Notes under the pieces: generated by a model
Told to the model about the DNA's origin: nothing
Seen by the model: the letters and a program-made list of their open reading frames with translations, nothing else
The model's database searches: none
In this document: in pieces, positions 35,486-47,766 of the stretch
Numbering within the stretch: position 1 is the stretch's first letter
How the letters are laid out: the number at the start of each line of letters is the position of its first letter
IMG/VR virus record: IMGVR_UViG_3300042691_035156
Location: 46,869-110,868 of that record
DNA from: a virus
Strand: one strand, 5' to 3'
DNA: 64,000 nucleotides
Program-made: the position numbers and the translations under genes

Positions 35486-38400
35486 CTAGAAATTAGAAGC
35501 AATGTTGTTGTACGGGTCTCTACCTAAACGAGGGAGACTGTTATACATAGTACTGTCTACAGGGCCATCAACAACACTTCCAACTAAAGCTTGAAGCTTT
35601 TGCATTTGCTCTTCAGAGCCTGAGGCATTGATTTTATACTGCATTCCTAGGGTTGTTGGGTTCAAATATTTTAAATCAGATATGCTAGGAAGATTTCTTG
35701 GGTAGTCGGTTTCGTAGGCGCTTCCTCCAGGAAGAAGTGGGGGACCCATTATTTCATCTTCGGTTCTGTCTTTTCTTGCAGAATATATAAAGCCAAAGGC
35801 GCTGAGCGCAACTGCTGCCAAAGCTCCTCTTCTTATGAGCTTGTCATTGAAGGCATCCATAATTGCCTCACTCTTGAAGGCATCTTTAAATCGTGTATAC
35901 TTTGTTGGTCTTACTGGAGGAATTGCATCGTCTACATCTTCTAAGGTTTTTATAATATCTTCTCCGACTTCCGCTGAATCAATAACAAAGTCACCCGCTG
36001 CAGAACCCCCGTAAACCCTTTCTGTTTCTGCCAGTCTTCTTTCTGCTCTCACCCTTCTTGCTACGTCAACTGCGTCTTGAGATCTACCGATACCTTCTGC
36101 CAAGTCTTCTACAGTTTTTCCACCAGCGTCGACTAACTCTGATTCATCTGCCATAATTTCTAAGAAATCAAGGATGCTGCCACCAGTTCCGGCAAACATT
36201 GAGGACCTCATTCCCTCGGCAAGTCTTTTTGCTGTTTGCTGATTTATGTCTTCGATGTCAAGACCAAGATATGAAAGCTCAGCCGTTATTCTTTCATACG
36301 CCGCAAACGAAGAGTTCTTCATGGTTAGCCTGTCTACTCTTCTCGCTTGTGCAGCTTCTGCTAACTGAGTCATTGCGTCATTTTTGCCGGCTATTTGTAG
36401 CTCCGCTCCCATTGCGGCTTTTGCTACTCTATCGCCAAATTCTGAAGAAAGTCTTGATTCAAGCGTGTCGTAAAGGTCAAGTATGTTTACACTAGCGTCT
36501 TTGTTCCTTGCTTGAGAAATAAGTTTAAACAAGTTTTCTGATAATTCGCTATTGCTTGCATCTAGCAAGATTGCTGTATCTGTTAGCCTTTCTTCGGATG
36601 TTGACATTCTTATTAAATCAAAGGCGTTGTTTATCAAAGATCTTTGAGAATCAATTGCTGCATCAACAGTTGACAAATATCTTGCTTGTTGCACTGCAGC
36701 TAGTGGATTGGGCGCATTTCTTGCCGTTCTTGCTGCAAGTGATTCCAGACTTTCTGCAGTTGCGGTTGCTTTTCTTGCCTCTCTTCCATAAGCAGAAAGT
36801 GTTGCGTACTGGCTGTCAGTGCCAATTGTCAAGGATCTTATTGCCTGCTCTGCTCTTTGAGAAGAGGCTGCTTCTATTTCGTCTTCTATAGATTGTCTTT
36901 CCGCAATGCTTCTTGCTGACTGAAGAGACTGCTGAAGTTGCTGTAATCTTGTTCCTTGAGATCCTTCAAGTCTAGAAATTTCTTGTAAAATAATGTTTCT
37001 TTGCTGCTGATCTGTAATAAAATTTAAAGAATCTCTTAACCCCACAATAGTGCTGATTCGCATTGTTTCAAGATCTCTCGCTTTTATTCTTGCAAACTCT
37101 TTTCCTTTTTCTCCTTTAAATTTAAAAAGTTCTTGATCGTATCCAATAAGATCTTCTGCTGCTACTCCTGCGGCGAGTTGTAAACCCCTTAAGAAACCAA
37201 CTCCCTGACTCATCTGACGAACAGCCAGCTCGCCAGCTTGACCAAGTCTGAGATCTCCAACATTTAATTGTTTTAAAATTGCCTCAACAGCTTCTTCTGT
37301 AACTGGTCTTCCTGATCTTCTTAACGCATCTGCTGCGGCTGCTACATCCTGCATCGATTGTTGCCTTACAACCATTCTTCCAGCTAAAGCCTTGCTAACG
37401 TCAACTGCTTCAGATGGGGGTATTACGCCAACGGCAAATCTTGAAAAGAAATATTCAGCTATATCATATTCTGTTGATCCAGCTTTTAAGGTTCTTGCGC
37501 CAAAAGAGCCTATTACATCTTGAATTTGCCTATCCATTGATATTGCTGCAGCTTGCCTGTTTATGTAAAGACCAAGAGTATCTTCTATATCGGGTATGCT
37601 ACTTAGCTGAAGCTGTTCGCCAAATCTCTGCATCGCTCCAGATATTTGCGCCCTTAAAGCCTGACCAGATCTTCCTGTACCACTCTCAAAAGCATCTAAT
37701 ATTTGTTGTCTGCTGGTAAAGTTTTTTCCAGTGGCTCGATTAACAGCTTTTATAAGCATGTTTTCTTCTGCTGCCGACTCTTGTTGTGCCAATATAGTGA
37801 CAACATTTCCTTGAGTATAGGAAGGAGTGTCCGCAACGATTCCTCTTTCAGCCAAAGATCTTTGAAAAGCAGCTCTTCCCCCGACTGTTGTCGGCTCCAT
37901 TCTATCAAGACCAATTGGTGAAGCTGAACGCTGGTGAGCCATTTCTAATAGGTCTCTTGCTGTTATCTTTGCCAGCTTACCAAAGCCGTGTTGTTCAGCC
38001 AAAGAAGATTCTCTTAATGATGCTATGACCATTTCTATTTCTTCACTTGTTAGATTTCTAAGATCTAGATCTTTAGCCCCTGCAGCTGCTTCTCGTAAGA
38101 TATCTAAAATTCTTTTAGATTTAGTTGCATCAAGTCCTAATTGAGAATTACTGATTACATCTTGAGCTTTAGGGTCAGAAAGAAGACCCATAAAATCTCC
38201 AGAGGAGTGTTGTATAACAGCTTTTAGTGTGTCGGCATCAGACATGTCCGCCTGCATGAATATCTTTTCTTGATACCCAGTTGGTTGACGAAGCGTCATG
38301 AATGCTAGCCTGTCTCGTCCCTTGCCGTCTTTAAACGTAGTCATCAAAGGAACGCCTTTGTCGTCAAGGTCGAACGTACCAAGAGAATGGTGATAGAGAT

Positions 38401-40498
38401 TGGCTGCTGCGCCATTCATTATCATTCTGTTGCCGCGAACTTGGAAGTTGACAAAGTCAATACCAGCTTCAGGCGCACCACCAAGAACCGACTTAACTTC
38501 CTGTGAACTCCTAAGTCCAGAATAAACTCCTTGGAATATTCCCTCATCAAGATTGACAGATGCAGATCTATAAAGCGGAACATTGTCTGCGTACATTGGG
38601 CCAGAGGATTCAGAAGTTCTTAGAGCTAGTCTCATTGTGTCTGGAAGAACAAGGTCTGCTCTGTCGCCCTTCATTCTGAATGCATTTTGAGAGTAAAAAT
38701 CAGTGATTCTTCTAACCAGTGCTGGTATTTGCCTTACGTCAACTCCAGCCATTATCATTTCTTGAATTTGCCTTGCCTCTGTTCTGTTTCTTAGATAACT
38801 GGCTCTTGCTGCAGCATCCATCTTTGGAAAGAGGGGATCTTCTTTCATTTCCTGTTTTATGGCTCCAAATATTTGATCTCTTACTTCTTTTGGAAGAGCT
38901 CCAGACTGAAGAAACTGTTTTATTCCATCCATTTGTTTATTTACATTTGTATTAATAGAACTCATATACTCTGCCGAAGAAAAATAATCTTGGTGATACA
39001 GCATGAACAGTGGGTCCATGTATATGTTTTCTGCGTGAGATTTAGCCACATTCAACAGTGCAGATGGGACTCCTTGTACCTCTTTTTTTACTGCACTTTT
39101 TGCCATAATAAGATCCATGTTTCGTAGACCTTTTGGAAGCCAACCAAATTTTCTAAAGAACATTTCACCTTTTGCTTGCCTTCCAGGCAACTGGATTCTT
39201 GCAATAACCGAGTCAAGACCTTCTTGTCCCATTTGCTTTGCGTGTTCTAAGGATTCAATTTGAGAATCTATGTCGTTTATTTGTTGCATTATTTCTGGAG
39301 AAATTTCAGTTACGCTACCTATAAGACTTTGTCTTGAGTTTTTTAAGGAATCTATAAACTGATCAAGAACTTTAACATTTGCAATAAATTCACCATCTCT
39401 CATTTTTTCAACACCGTCAAAGCCAGCAAGCAGCTGATTAGCAAGCAGTCTTTCTCCCTCATCTGCTGATTCTTTCATCTGTTCAACTGCTTTTTTAAAT
39501 TCGCCAAAATCTTTTCCTGATTTTTCAAACAGTTCCTTCATTTGCTCAAGGGTTTTTAACTTTACATCTCTTGGCCTTCTTTCCATGCCGATTACTGAAA
39601 GAAGTTTTCTACCCATTGCGTCAGTGAAGTCATCTGGAACAACTCCCCCTTGTGCCAGTGTGGCTGCCTTTATTCTTTCTTCACTAAGGTCTAAGCCAGC
39701 GGAAAGCAAGAATCTTTCCTCTTCAGTTGTTGCCCCACCAAGGGCTGCTCTAAAAAATGCTGATACGTCGTCATATTCATAAGTATTTTTAAACATGTTT
39801 TGAACTGCATCTCCAGTTAGGGCAACATCTCTTTCTGCCAACATACCAGATATTCTTTTTGGTATTTTAGCAAATGGGCTAAAGTCTGGAAGACCACCTT
39901 TGCCTTCAAGAATTTTTTTGACTACATCTTCTGTTAAAGTGCCTATTCCAAGAAGGTACCTTAATTCACTTGCCTGCTTATCTGAAAGTACTTTTTTTCC
40001 TATTCTGTAATTTAATACAGTTACACCTTCATCGGTTATGTTCACTACTCCAGCATTTTTTACGGCATCTGAATCTGTTATGGACTTTAGTTTATTTACA
40101 TCTTTATCGTAGTTGTATTTGGTGTATGTAATACTTACGCTTTGATTAATAAGATCATCAAGGTTTAATTGTTTTAGAGCTGCTTTTTGAGTCCTGCTTA
40201 AGCTAGCTAGTCTTTCTTGTATAACTTTTGCTTCTTCTGCTATTTGATCAAGACCTTTTGTGCTGCCGAACTGGTTTTCTCCAAAAACCCTATAAGTATT
40301 TACGCCAGTTGCCTCAACATGACCTATTGCACTTCTGAGTCCATCTTCAGCGTCTTTAAACTCTTTGCCATCAAATGTTGTTTTGTAAACGATTTCGCCT
40401 TCAGCGTTTAGGAATACCGAAACAAGACCCTTGACTCTTGATTGTTTGCCAATCGCTCTTTCAAGTCTTTTTAGTCTTTGTTCATTAATCAAACTCAT
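35486..40498 (-). CDS. Putative virion single-subunit two-barrel RNA polymerase-like protein (YonO / eukaryotic RdRP-like) with non-canonical catalytic loop
   Basis: Ordered motifs RDGEF, ARIQLPGRQAKG, IMAKSAVKK, LGTFDLDD, LRQPTG, LGLYIN, SEAVDVSK; C-terminal hydrophobic helix. Confidence 0.55.
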   Translation of the reverse strand: MSLINEQRLKRLERAIGKQSRVKGLVSVFLNAEGEIVYKTTFDGKEFKDAEDGLRSAIGHVEATGVNTYRVFGENQFGSTKGLDQIAEEAKVIQERLASLSRTQKAALKQLNLDDLINQSVSITYTKYNYDKDVNKLKSITDSDAVKNAGVVNITDEGVTVLNYRIGKKVLSDKQASELRYLLGIGTLTEDVVKKILEGKGGLPDFSPFAKIPKRISGMLAERDVALTGDAVQNMFKNTYEYDDVSAFFRAALGGATTEEERFLLSAGLDLSEERIKAATLAQGGVVPDDFTDAMGRKLLSVIGMERRPRDVKLKTLEQMKELFEKSGKDFGEFKKAVEQMKESADEGERLLANQLLAGFDGVEKMRDGEFIANVKVLDQFIDSLKNSRQSLIGSVTEISPEIMQQINDIDSQIESLEHAKQMGQEGLDSVIARIQLPGRQAKGEMFFRKFGWLPKGLRNMDLIMAKSAVKKEVQGVPSALLNVAKSHAENIYMDPLFMLYHQDYFSSAEYMSSINTNVNKQMDGIKQFLQSGALPKEVRDQIFGAIKQEMKEDPLFPKMDAAARASYLRNRTEARQIQEMIMAGVDVRQIPALVRRITDFYSQNAFRMKGDRADLVLPDTMRLALRTSESSGPMYADNVPLYRSASVNLDEGIFQGVYSGLRSSQEVKSVLGGAPEAGIDFVNFQVRGNRMIMNGAAANLYHHSLGTFDLDDKGVPLMTTFKDGKGRDRLAFMTLRQPTGYQEKIFMQADMSDADTLKAVIQHSSGDFMGLLSDPKAQDVISNSQLGLDATKSKRILDILREAAAGAKDLDLRNLTSEEIEMVIASLRESSLAEQHGFGKLAKITARDLLEMAHQRSASPIGLDRMEPTTVGGRAAFQRSLAERGIVADTPSYTQGNVVTILAQQESAAEENMLIKAVNRATGKNFTSRQQILDAFESGTGRSGQALRAQISGAMQRFGEQLQLSSIPDIEDTLGLYINRQAAAISMDRQIQDVIGSFGARTLKAGSTEYDIAEYFFSRFAVGVIPPSEAVDVSKALAGRMVVRQQSMQDVAAAADALRRSGRPVTEEAVEAILKQLNVGDLRLGQAGELAVRQMSQGVGFLRGLQLAAGVAAEDLIGYDQELFKFKGEKGKEFARIKARDLETMRISTIVGLRDSLNFITDQQQRNIILQEISRLEGSQGTRLQQLQQSLQSARSIAERQSIEDEIEAASSQRAEQAIRSLTIGTDSQYATLSAYGREARKATATAESLESLAARTARNAPNPLAAVQQARYLSTVDAAIDSQRSLINNAFDLIRMSTSEERLTDTAILLDASNSELSENLFKLISQARNKDASVNILDLYDTLESRLSSEFGDRVAKAAMGAELQIAGKNDAMTQLAEAAQARRVDRLTMKNSSFAAYERITAELSYLGLDIEDINQQTAKRLAEGMRSSMFAGTGGSILDFLEIMADESELVDAGGKTVEDLAEGIGRSQDAVDVARRVRAERRLAETERVYGGSAAGDFVIDSAEVGEDIIKTLEDVDDAIPPVRPTKYTRFKDAFKSEAIMDAFNDKLIRRGALAAVALSAFGFIYSARKDRTEDEIMGPPLLPGGSAYETDYPRNLPSISDLKYLNPTTLGMQYKINASGSEEQMQKLQALVGSVVDGPVDSTMYNSLPRLGRDPYNNIASNF

Positions 40499-40507
40499 GA
40501 TTTATTC

Positions 40508-43500
40508 CTAGTAAGAATATTGCCTTGTCATTCCTGCAGATATTTGTGCACTTGATCCACCGAAACCATTCATAACTGGAGTGACAGATCCAGAAATTCC
40601 ATTTCTTGACATTATCTGCCTAAGTTGTGCTGCAACGTTTTGCTGATCGCTTTGTTGCCCAAAGGTAGGATAACTTGGATTGGTTAGAGAAGCTTCTCTT
40701 ATCTGTTGAGGATAGTAACCCATTTGAGACATCTCTATGCCCATAGATTGACCTATTTTTATTTTAACATGTTCCATATTGGTATTTGGGTGCCACCCTT
40801 CCCATGAAGCGTCTGGCAGTTCGTGCCTAGAAAAGTACTCAACAAGATCAGGCCTTTGCTCAACTTCCATGCCCCATGCAGCTTGGTACATTCTTCTTTC
40901 TAGTCTTCCAGAAGTTGAAAGAATTTTTTCTCTTTCTTCTGCGTCTGTTTCCGTAATCATTGCTTTAAAGTGTTCTCTTTTTCTCTTTGGAATAGCAAGA
41001 GAAAGAGTGTCAATTGATTGACCGTATATGTCAGCTCCATACATTGTTCTGGTTGCTGCTTGCCTAAACTGATTGGCCGAGGCCATGTCTCCTTGCATTT
41101 GAGCCTCTTTGGCTAGAGATGTATTTTTAACATAACTTAGTATGTCTGTGTATTCTTCAAGTGCAAGTTGCTTTTGACGATCTTTTGGTATGAACCTCTC
41201 TCCAGTAACTGCCTCTCTGATGTTTCCATATGCGGAATACGCTGCACCAGCGGTGAATCCTGCTATTGAGGCAAAAGCTTTTGCTCTTGCGGTTCTACCA
41301 AACATTGATCCAATAACACCCATTGCAGTTCCTGCAACAAGAGGATTTCTTTGGGTTGCTTTGTTGAGCATTGGCTCAAAGAAGCTTTCAAAAGGTTTTT
41401 GCCACTCGGGGAAAGTAGAACCATAAACATTTCTTCTTTCCCAGTCTTCTTGAGCTGTTCTCTTGGGAAGAAACTTTGTATTAAAGTATGTGTCTCTGTG
41501 CGCTATATACTCACCAATCCTACCCATGGCATAAGCCCTATTGTCTATTCCGAGCTCTTCTGGACTTTTGCCTTTATACTTATAGCTGCTAAATTCATAC
41601 TTTTGAGTTTGAGCCTCAGCTTGCTCTCTTATTGATTGAAGAACTGCTCTTTGTTCTCCTGTGGCTACTTCAGATTGTATTGATCTATTAAGTTCTCTAA
41701 ACTCTCTTGAATAAGGAGCAACATTTCCAAGGATCTTAAGTTGAGCAAAGCTGTCGTAGCCCCTTGCCATTGGGTTAAGCCTTTCGTAAGCTACGCCAGG
41801 AAGTCTTAGCTCTCCTTCTTGTATTTTTGTAAATGGATCACCTTGCTGGAAGTTAATGAAGTAATCAGCTCCTGGTAAAAACGGATACTGATCAGCCATT
41901 GTGTTTCTAATTGGGTTGAGATAATTTACGTTTGTTCTTTCTTTTGGAATGAATCTTCTTACAATTTCTGATATTTCGATATTTCCTAAAGCGCCTTCAG
42001 CGGTTAATGGTACGTCACCAAGACCACCAAGGTTTAGGTCCCAGAAAGCTCTTGTCGTACCATATGCTTTTTGTGCAGACTGTAGCACTGCTCTTTGTGG
42101 CTCAAAATCAGATTGTCCAAAACCAAGACCTTCTCTTAAAGAACCAAAAGCAAAGCCATAAATACCAGCTGTTTCTTGTAGCTTATATCCGAGTTGTCCA
42201 GCCATGAAGTTGGCATTAGCGGCAGATATAGGCGTCCCTGCTGGAATTATATTTGGAGGAACAACTCCTGGAGTTGGAGGAGGACCAAATTGACCTGCTT
42301 GTACATAAGATGTATTAGCAGCATTAATGGTTGAGAATGTTATTCCTCTTGCTGTTGAAAGAGGAGCTGACCTTGATGCTAGACTGGCATTTTGTGATGC
42401 TATCATTGCAGAACCTTGGCCAGTTGGCCCACCCATGCTTGGCCCAGATGAATATACAGCGCCTTGCATTTCGCCCTGGCCAACAATTGCATTTCTGCCA
42501 GACATCATTATTCCCGCTGGATTATATGCTCCAGCTTGTCCTGCATACACGTAGGTGCTCAGATAGTTGTTTACCTCTTCTTCGTGCATTCTCAATTGCG
42601 GCTTAAGAACCTTGCCAACTGTTGCATTCAGAATGTCAGTTACTGGACCATAGGGACCGCTAAAATATTCTCCAGTTACTGGATATGGCCTGTCATAATA
42701 ATGTTTTCTTTCAAATCTATATGGATCAATTGCCCTTAGTGGAGAGAAGTCGTATCCAAACAAAAACTTTTCTACAGGTGAACCAAAGCTATCAGAAGTA
42801 TACATTGCTCCAGCTTGCATTCTTCTATACCAAGATGGGCGATGATACATTATCTTTCCGCCTTCAAATGGAGTTACACCAAGAGGCCAGAATCTCCCCT
42901 GCCTAATCGGCACTTCTCCTTCAAGAAGTTGCTCTTTCTTTTCTTCGTATCCCATTCCTCCAGGAACAATTCCAGAAATAGCAGCTTGTGCTTCAACGAC
43001 TCCCCTAGCTGCTTTGCCAATGAAAAACGGAGAATATACCCTTTCTCCTCTAGCATCTTCTTCGTTTACAAATCCACCTATAGTTCTATCAACAGTTAGA
43101 ACTCCAGCTCCAGCAGCAGTCAACGGAAGAGCTCTTTGAAGAACCATGCCTTTTCCATAAAGGCTTAGTGGTCCAGAAAACTTGTTTGGATCAAGAGCCA
43201 AGCCCACTGTGCCAAAGTATCTATTTAATCTTTCAATACCATGAGATATTGGAACTGAGGCAAAGCTAAAAGCTCCTGGATCATCATAAGTGGATCTGCC
43301 GGCGGCGCTCTTAAGAGCCCTTGTTAAGCCAACATTGTTTACTGCTGTTCCAAATGTTGGCACAAAAGCAGTGCCCCTGCTGCCAAGAGGGCCTGACACC
43401 ATCTCGTCCATTTCATACGGAGCGGTGCCAAAAGCCTTTTTAAGCCTTGGGGATATAAGAGTAGTTGCCCTCTTAAAGCCTGAGGTATCAATTATTGCAG

Positions 43501-46500
43501 AAGTTCCCTCAGTAAATGGAGAAGCCATTCTTCTATAAGCTTCGGAAGATTGTCTTGCTGCATTTCTTGCGTTTGCCATTGACGTTGAAATATTCTGACC
43601 ACTTAGTGCTCTTTCGCTAAATGTTCTGAATGCATTAATATTCAAGAATGTTGAAAGACCTGCGGCCCTTGCTTCTGCCACTTGGCTTGCAGATATAACG
43701 CCCCTTCTCTTAAGGTCGTTAATTGCTTCATCCATCGTCCTAAGTAGTGCAGATGGATCTCCGCTTTGCGGTCATGTAGGAGTGTCTCTCCACCATGTAT
43801 CTATAAATTTCATTTCTGAATTCATCAAGTCTTGTGGAAACTGCTGGAGACTTTGCTGCCATTTGTGAAACAGCGTTTAGATTTGAATCTTCTATGAATT
43901 TTGAAACTCTACTATATGCCCTTGTTAAGCCTCTTGTTTTAACACCAGATGCAGATAGGAGAGCCTTATCTTCTTCAAGCATTGCCCCTATTGATATGGC
44001 GGCTTCCTTCATTTCAGCTTCAGAAGTTATGTCAGATATCTTTCTGATTCTTCCACCAACTGGAACGCCAAGGCCAAGTCTTTCTTCCATTTCGGCAATC
44101 ACCCTCAAAGGTGTTGCGTACTCCATTGTCGTTCTTCTAAAGCTATCGTAAGCTTTTAGTACATCAGAGTGTCCATAGAGTTCTTCGCCGGCGTCATCAA
44201 TAACAGAGTACTTTCCATCTGCGGAAGTTTGAAGAGATATCTTTCTTCCAGATTTTCTTCCTATTGATACTTCATCTCCCTCAAGAAGTCTGCCAAAAAC
44301 GGAAGGATTATTAATATCTGTTTTTCTTTTTGCGAATCTACCCCCTAATCTAAAAAGAGAATTAGGCTGATCTTCGTCAACATTAAATGCTGCTTTCATC
44401 CTCTCTGTAAACGAAAGTTGTTTGCCAGCTGCTGCAGCTTCCATCTCTGCAGTTCTGATCATTGATCCTCTGTTGGCAGCAAATGACGCAGCTCGTGTAA
44501 ATAGATTGTTTTCAGACACGTTCATTTGTCTGAAGCTGCCTCTTAATTCTTTTACAGAGTATCCACCAGTTTCGTCAGCGCCAACGTAAGATAGAGCACC
44601 TTTTGGACCAAATATTCCCCCTTTCTTTTTGGTCCATATATAAACATCTGCTGCGTTTGTCTTTATGCCACCAAAGGGCTGAACTGATTGACCAGCAACA
44701 ATTTGGAATGGAGCGTTGGCGTTTACACCAGTTGGTCCTCCCACTCCAAGCATTTGGAGAGGATTGAATTTAACAATTGGTATTTGAAATTCGTTTGCAA
44801 AGAATCTACCAAGGCCTGTGACCATTGATCTGATTCTGGTATAGTCAACTATTTCTCCATTTCTATTCTGGTAAACTCCATCAAGTTTTGAGAAACCAAT
44901 TGACTTTGAAACTGGATCACTTGCTTTAATTCTACCTGCAAGATTTCTAACAATGTCTCTTTGATCTGCCGGCATGTGATTGAAGATGCCTTTCTCAAAG
45001 GCTTCGTCAACCAAAAGTTGTTTCATTCCAAAAAGATTGTATCCACCAGAACTTGACTGCGACGTCATAGCTTTGTTGTTTATCAAAAAGCCTCTGAGTT
45101 GACCAAAGTTATCGGTATCAAACCCTCTTCTTCTAAGTTCGTTATTAACAATCTTACTTGATATTTGTCTACCCTGCTGATCAGCAAGTTTTATGCCAAG
45201 AACTTGTGCGGTTCTTCTTCTCAGAAAATCTTCTTTTGCGGCTGTCAGTGGTCCAACAAAGTCTTGATAAACGGCTTTTTGTGGCCTCATTATTGTATTG
45301 CCATAAGGAACAGCTTGCTGGCTGTAGAACGCATTCCATTGCTGCTTTACCTTTTGTTGGAATGATGCTTCAAATTCTTTTCTAGTTAAGAATTGATCAG
45401 TTTCTTGAATTGATCTTCTCAGTGCATCTGCGCTAGGAGCTTTCTCTGCTCCTACATTTTTTCTAAATCTTTCTGCAAGTTGGTTATAGAAATCGTCATC
45501 GGTGTCTGAAATAATCTGGCTTTTCCCTAGGCTTATCCTATTGCTTACATGCATTGACTTACTGGAAGTAGTCGGAACTTGAGAGATCCTTATGGTGCTA
45601 CTAAAGTTTTGAGCTACCTCTTCATCAACATTATTATTTGTTAGATATATTCTGAGCTGTTTTCTGTACTCATTTTCCCTAAGTACTCTAGCAAAACCAC
45701 CAACATCACTTGGTCCATCTGCTGGACCTCCAGCGCCCATGTAAGTTCCCATAGACTCAGCAAATGAAGAGAACTTACTCTTATGCTGAGACTGAACCTT
45801 GTTCATTGCTTTCTGTAGCATTTCGGAGCTCATTGGAGTTGAGCCTCTTACTTTTGCATTTAGTGCTTCGTCAAAGCTAACCGCACCAGAGACTACGTCG
45901 TAGCCCTTTTTCATTATTCTAAAGTTGTTGCCAAAATTAGAGAATCCGCTTGTAAATCCCCTCATTCCAGGAAGGGTGTCAAGAAGGCCTTGGTATCTTT
46001 CTCCTCCTGCTTCTGTACCTAAGAATAGTGCCTTAGCCTGCTGAGTTGCCTTTGCCCTTCTTGTGACTCCAGATTTGTTTGCAAGAGCTTCGCCTGCCTT
46101 TTGCATGCCCCTTCTTGCTTGCTGCATTGCAAAGACGGGAGAGCCTTGATTTTTAGCGGCTTCTTCAACGGCAAACTCAAATGCTCCGGCAGCGCTAGAA
46201 GATATTCTAGAAATTTGATTTCCTAGTTTACCAATGTCTTGACCCAATTCTTCCAAGACGACTTTCGCATCGGCCATCATATTGGAGGCCCTTAACTGAT
46301 TTGCGGTTAAGGAAAGATTTGGGTTTGACGCATAGGGTGCGTTAGCGTAGAACTTTGCTCTACTGAATACTGCTCCACCACCTGCTGCAGGCAGGGTAAC
46401 TGCAGCTATATTGATGGTTGATTGTTTGGCAAAGTCTGCAAGAACGTCAACTGGATTGTACCATTTAACTTTTCTTCTGTCGTCTTTATTTCCAAATAAA

Positions 46501-47121
46501 GGATCAGTTACTGCCCTTTGAGCAACATATAGGGCAGGAAGTTCGTACGGCAACCTTCTTGCTTGCTTAACAAGCTTTTGCTGTATGTCATCTTTAAATG
46601 TCCAAACTGATGCCGGCTCTCTTGTTACTCCCATACCAGCTTGCTGTATGTCTGACCTTGGTATCCATGTGCCACCCTCTAGCACCATATCTCTATTGAT
46701 CATACTGGTTCTTGTGCCAGTAGTTAGCTTTCCTTCAGCGTCTTCAAAAACAAGTTTTGAATATGGGTCAACGGTATTGTCAACGTATCGATTAATACCC
46801 TCAAGTTCGTCTAGAGCTTTTCTTAACTTGGTTATACTTTCAACTGCTCTTGTTGAAAGGGCTCCGCCATTGTCAGCGGACTTCTGAATTGATCTAGCAA
46901 GTTTTAGCCCTCCGCCACGAACCATGCTACCAAGAACTGCAGCAGTAGCAACAGATGCAGCAGTTGATGCCATAAAGCGCATCATTGGGTGATCATTGAG
47001 GGCTCGCGCAATTGCGCCGGAGTTAGGACTTGGTCCCTCTGATTCTCCGCTCTCTTACTGGTACGTCACGAGATGTTACACCATGACCCAAGCTAGATAT
47101 TGGTCCACGATCTCTAATCAA
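40508..47121 (-). CDS. Tape-measure-like / ejected giant protein; ~2203 aa via two +1 shifts (47049, 43763)
   Basis: TTG 47121 with GGAG RBS; follows the tail chaperones; Ala/Gly/Arg-rich helical sequence with several hydrophobic segments; three ORF pieces join at CGGA sites. Confidence 0.7.
43760..43763 (-). other. CGGA +1 frameshift site D
   Basis: ACC GCA AAG [C]GGA GAT CCA TCT GCA CTA CTT AGG ACG ATG; zero frame stops 7 codons later. Confidence 0.8.
47046..47049 (-). other. CGGA +1 frameshift site E (codon 25)
   Basis: GTA AGA GAG [C]GGA GAA TCA; +1 frame open for 21 codons into ATG 46985. Confidence 0.75.
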
Positions 47122-47139
47122 GGCTCTTCTCCGATAAGA

Positions 47140-47763
47140 TTAACTTCCCCAAAGTTTTCTTGCAATGGGGTCTTCGAACTTGGCTTCGCCATCTTTTCTT
47201 GAGGCGTTGAATCTGTTTGCAAAATCTTTTTCTTTTTGCACTTCTTCTTCTGGGTCAATCAATTGCAGACTAAGGTCTGTTGGAGCTATACCGTTAATGC
47301 CTTGCTGTATCTCTATAATTTTCTCTGCAAGAGCGACATTCTCTGCCAATTTACTGAACGTCATGTTGTCCAAATCTTCTGGACTATACTTTGGCATGGT
47401 AGCCAAAACGAAAGCCTTCATGAGGTTTCTTACCTCAGCGGCTTGACGTCTCATTTTTTCAAGAATTGCTTTTGCTCTTTTGGCGGAGGAGAAGCCTGAT
47501 TCTTCGAGGATTTCTTCCGCCAAAGAAGAAACTATGCCGGGAGGATATGAATCAAGATCTAGATTTTCTGGATAAACGACAGCGAACTTTATTATCAGTT
47601 CTTCTACGTCAGCTGACGAATGATCGAATGATCTCTGATACTCTGCTATTTTATCATACTCAGCAAAAGTTAATTCTCTGAATATTACTTCTTGTTTTCT
47701 TATTGAAGTTTGAAATACTGATCCGTATTTATTTTTTATACTGTGCAGAGAATCGGGGTTCAT
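47140..47763 (-). CDS. Tail assembly chaperone-like protein 2
   Basis: 207 aa between tube genes and tape measure; paralogous to the upstream gene (YGSVF..IFRELT..EY; PGIVSSLAEEILEESGF). Confidence 0.65.
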   Translation of the reverse strand: MNPDSLHSIKNKYGSVFQTSIRKQEVIFRELTFAEYDKIAEYQRSFDHSSADVEELIIKFAVVYPENLDLDSYPPGIVSSLAEEILEESGFSSAKRAKAILEKMRRQAAEVRNLMKAFVLATMPKYSPEDLDNMTFSKLAENVALAEKIIEIQQGINGIAPTDLSLQLIDPEEEVQKEKDFANRFNASRKDGEAKFEDPIARKLWGS

Positions 47764-47766
47764 ACC

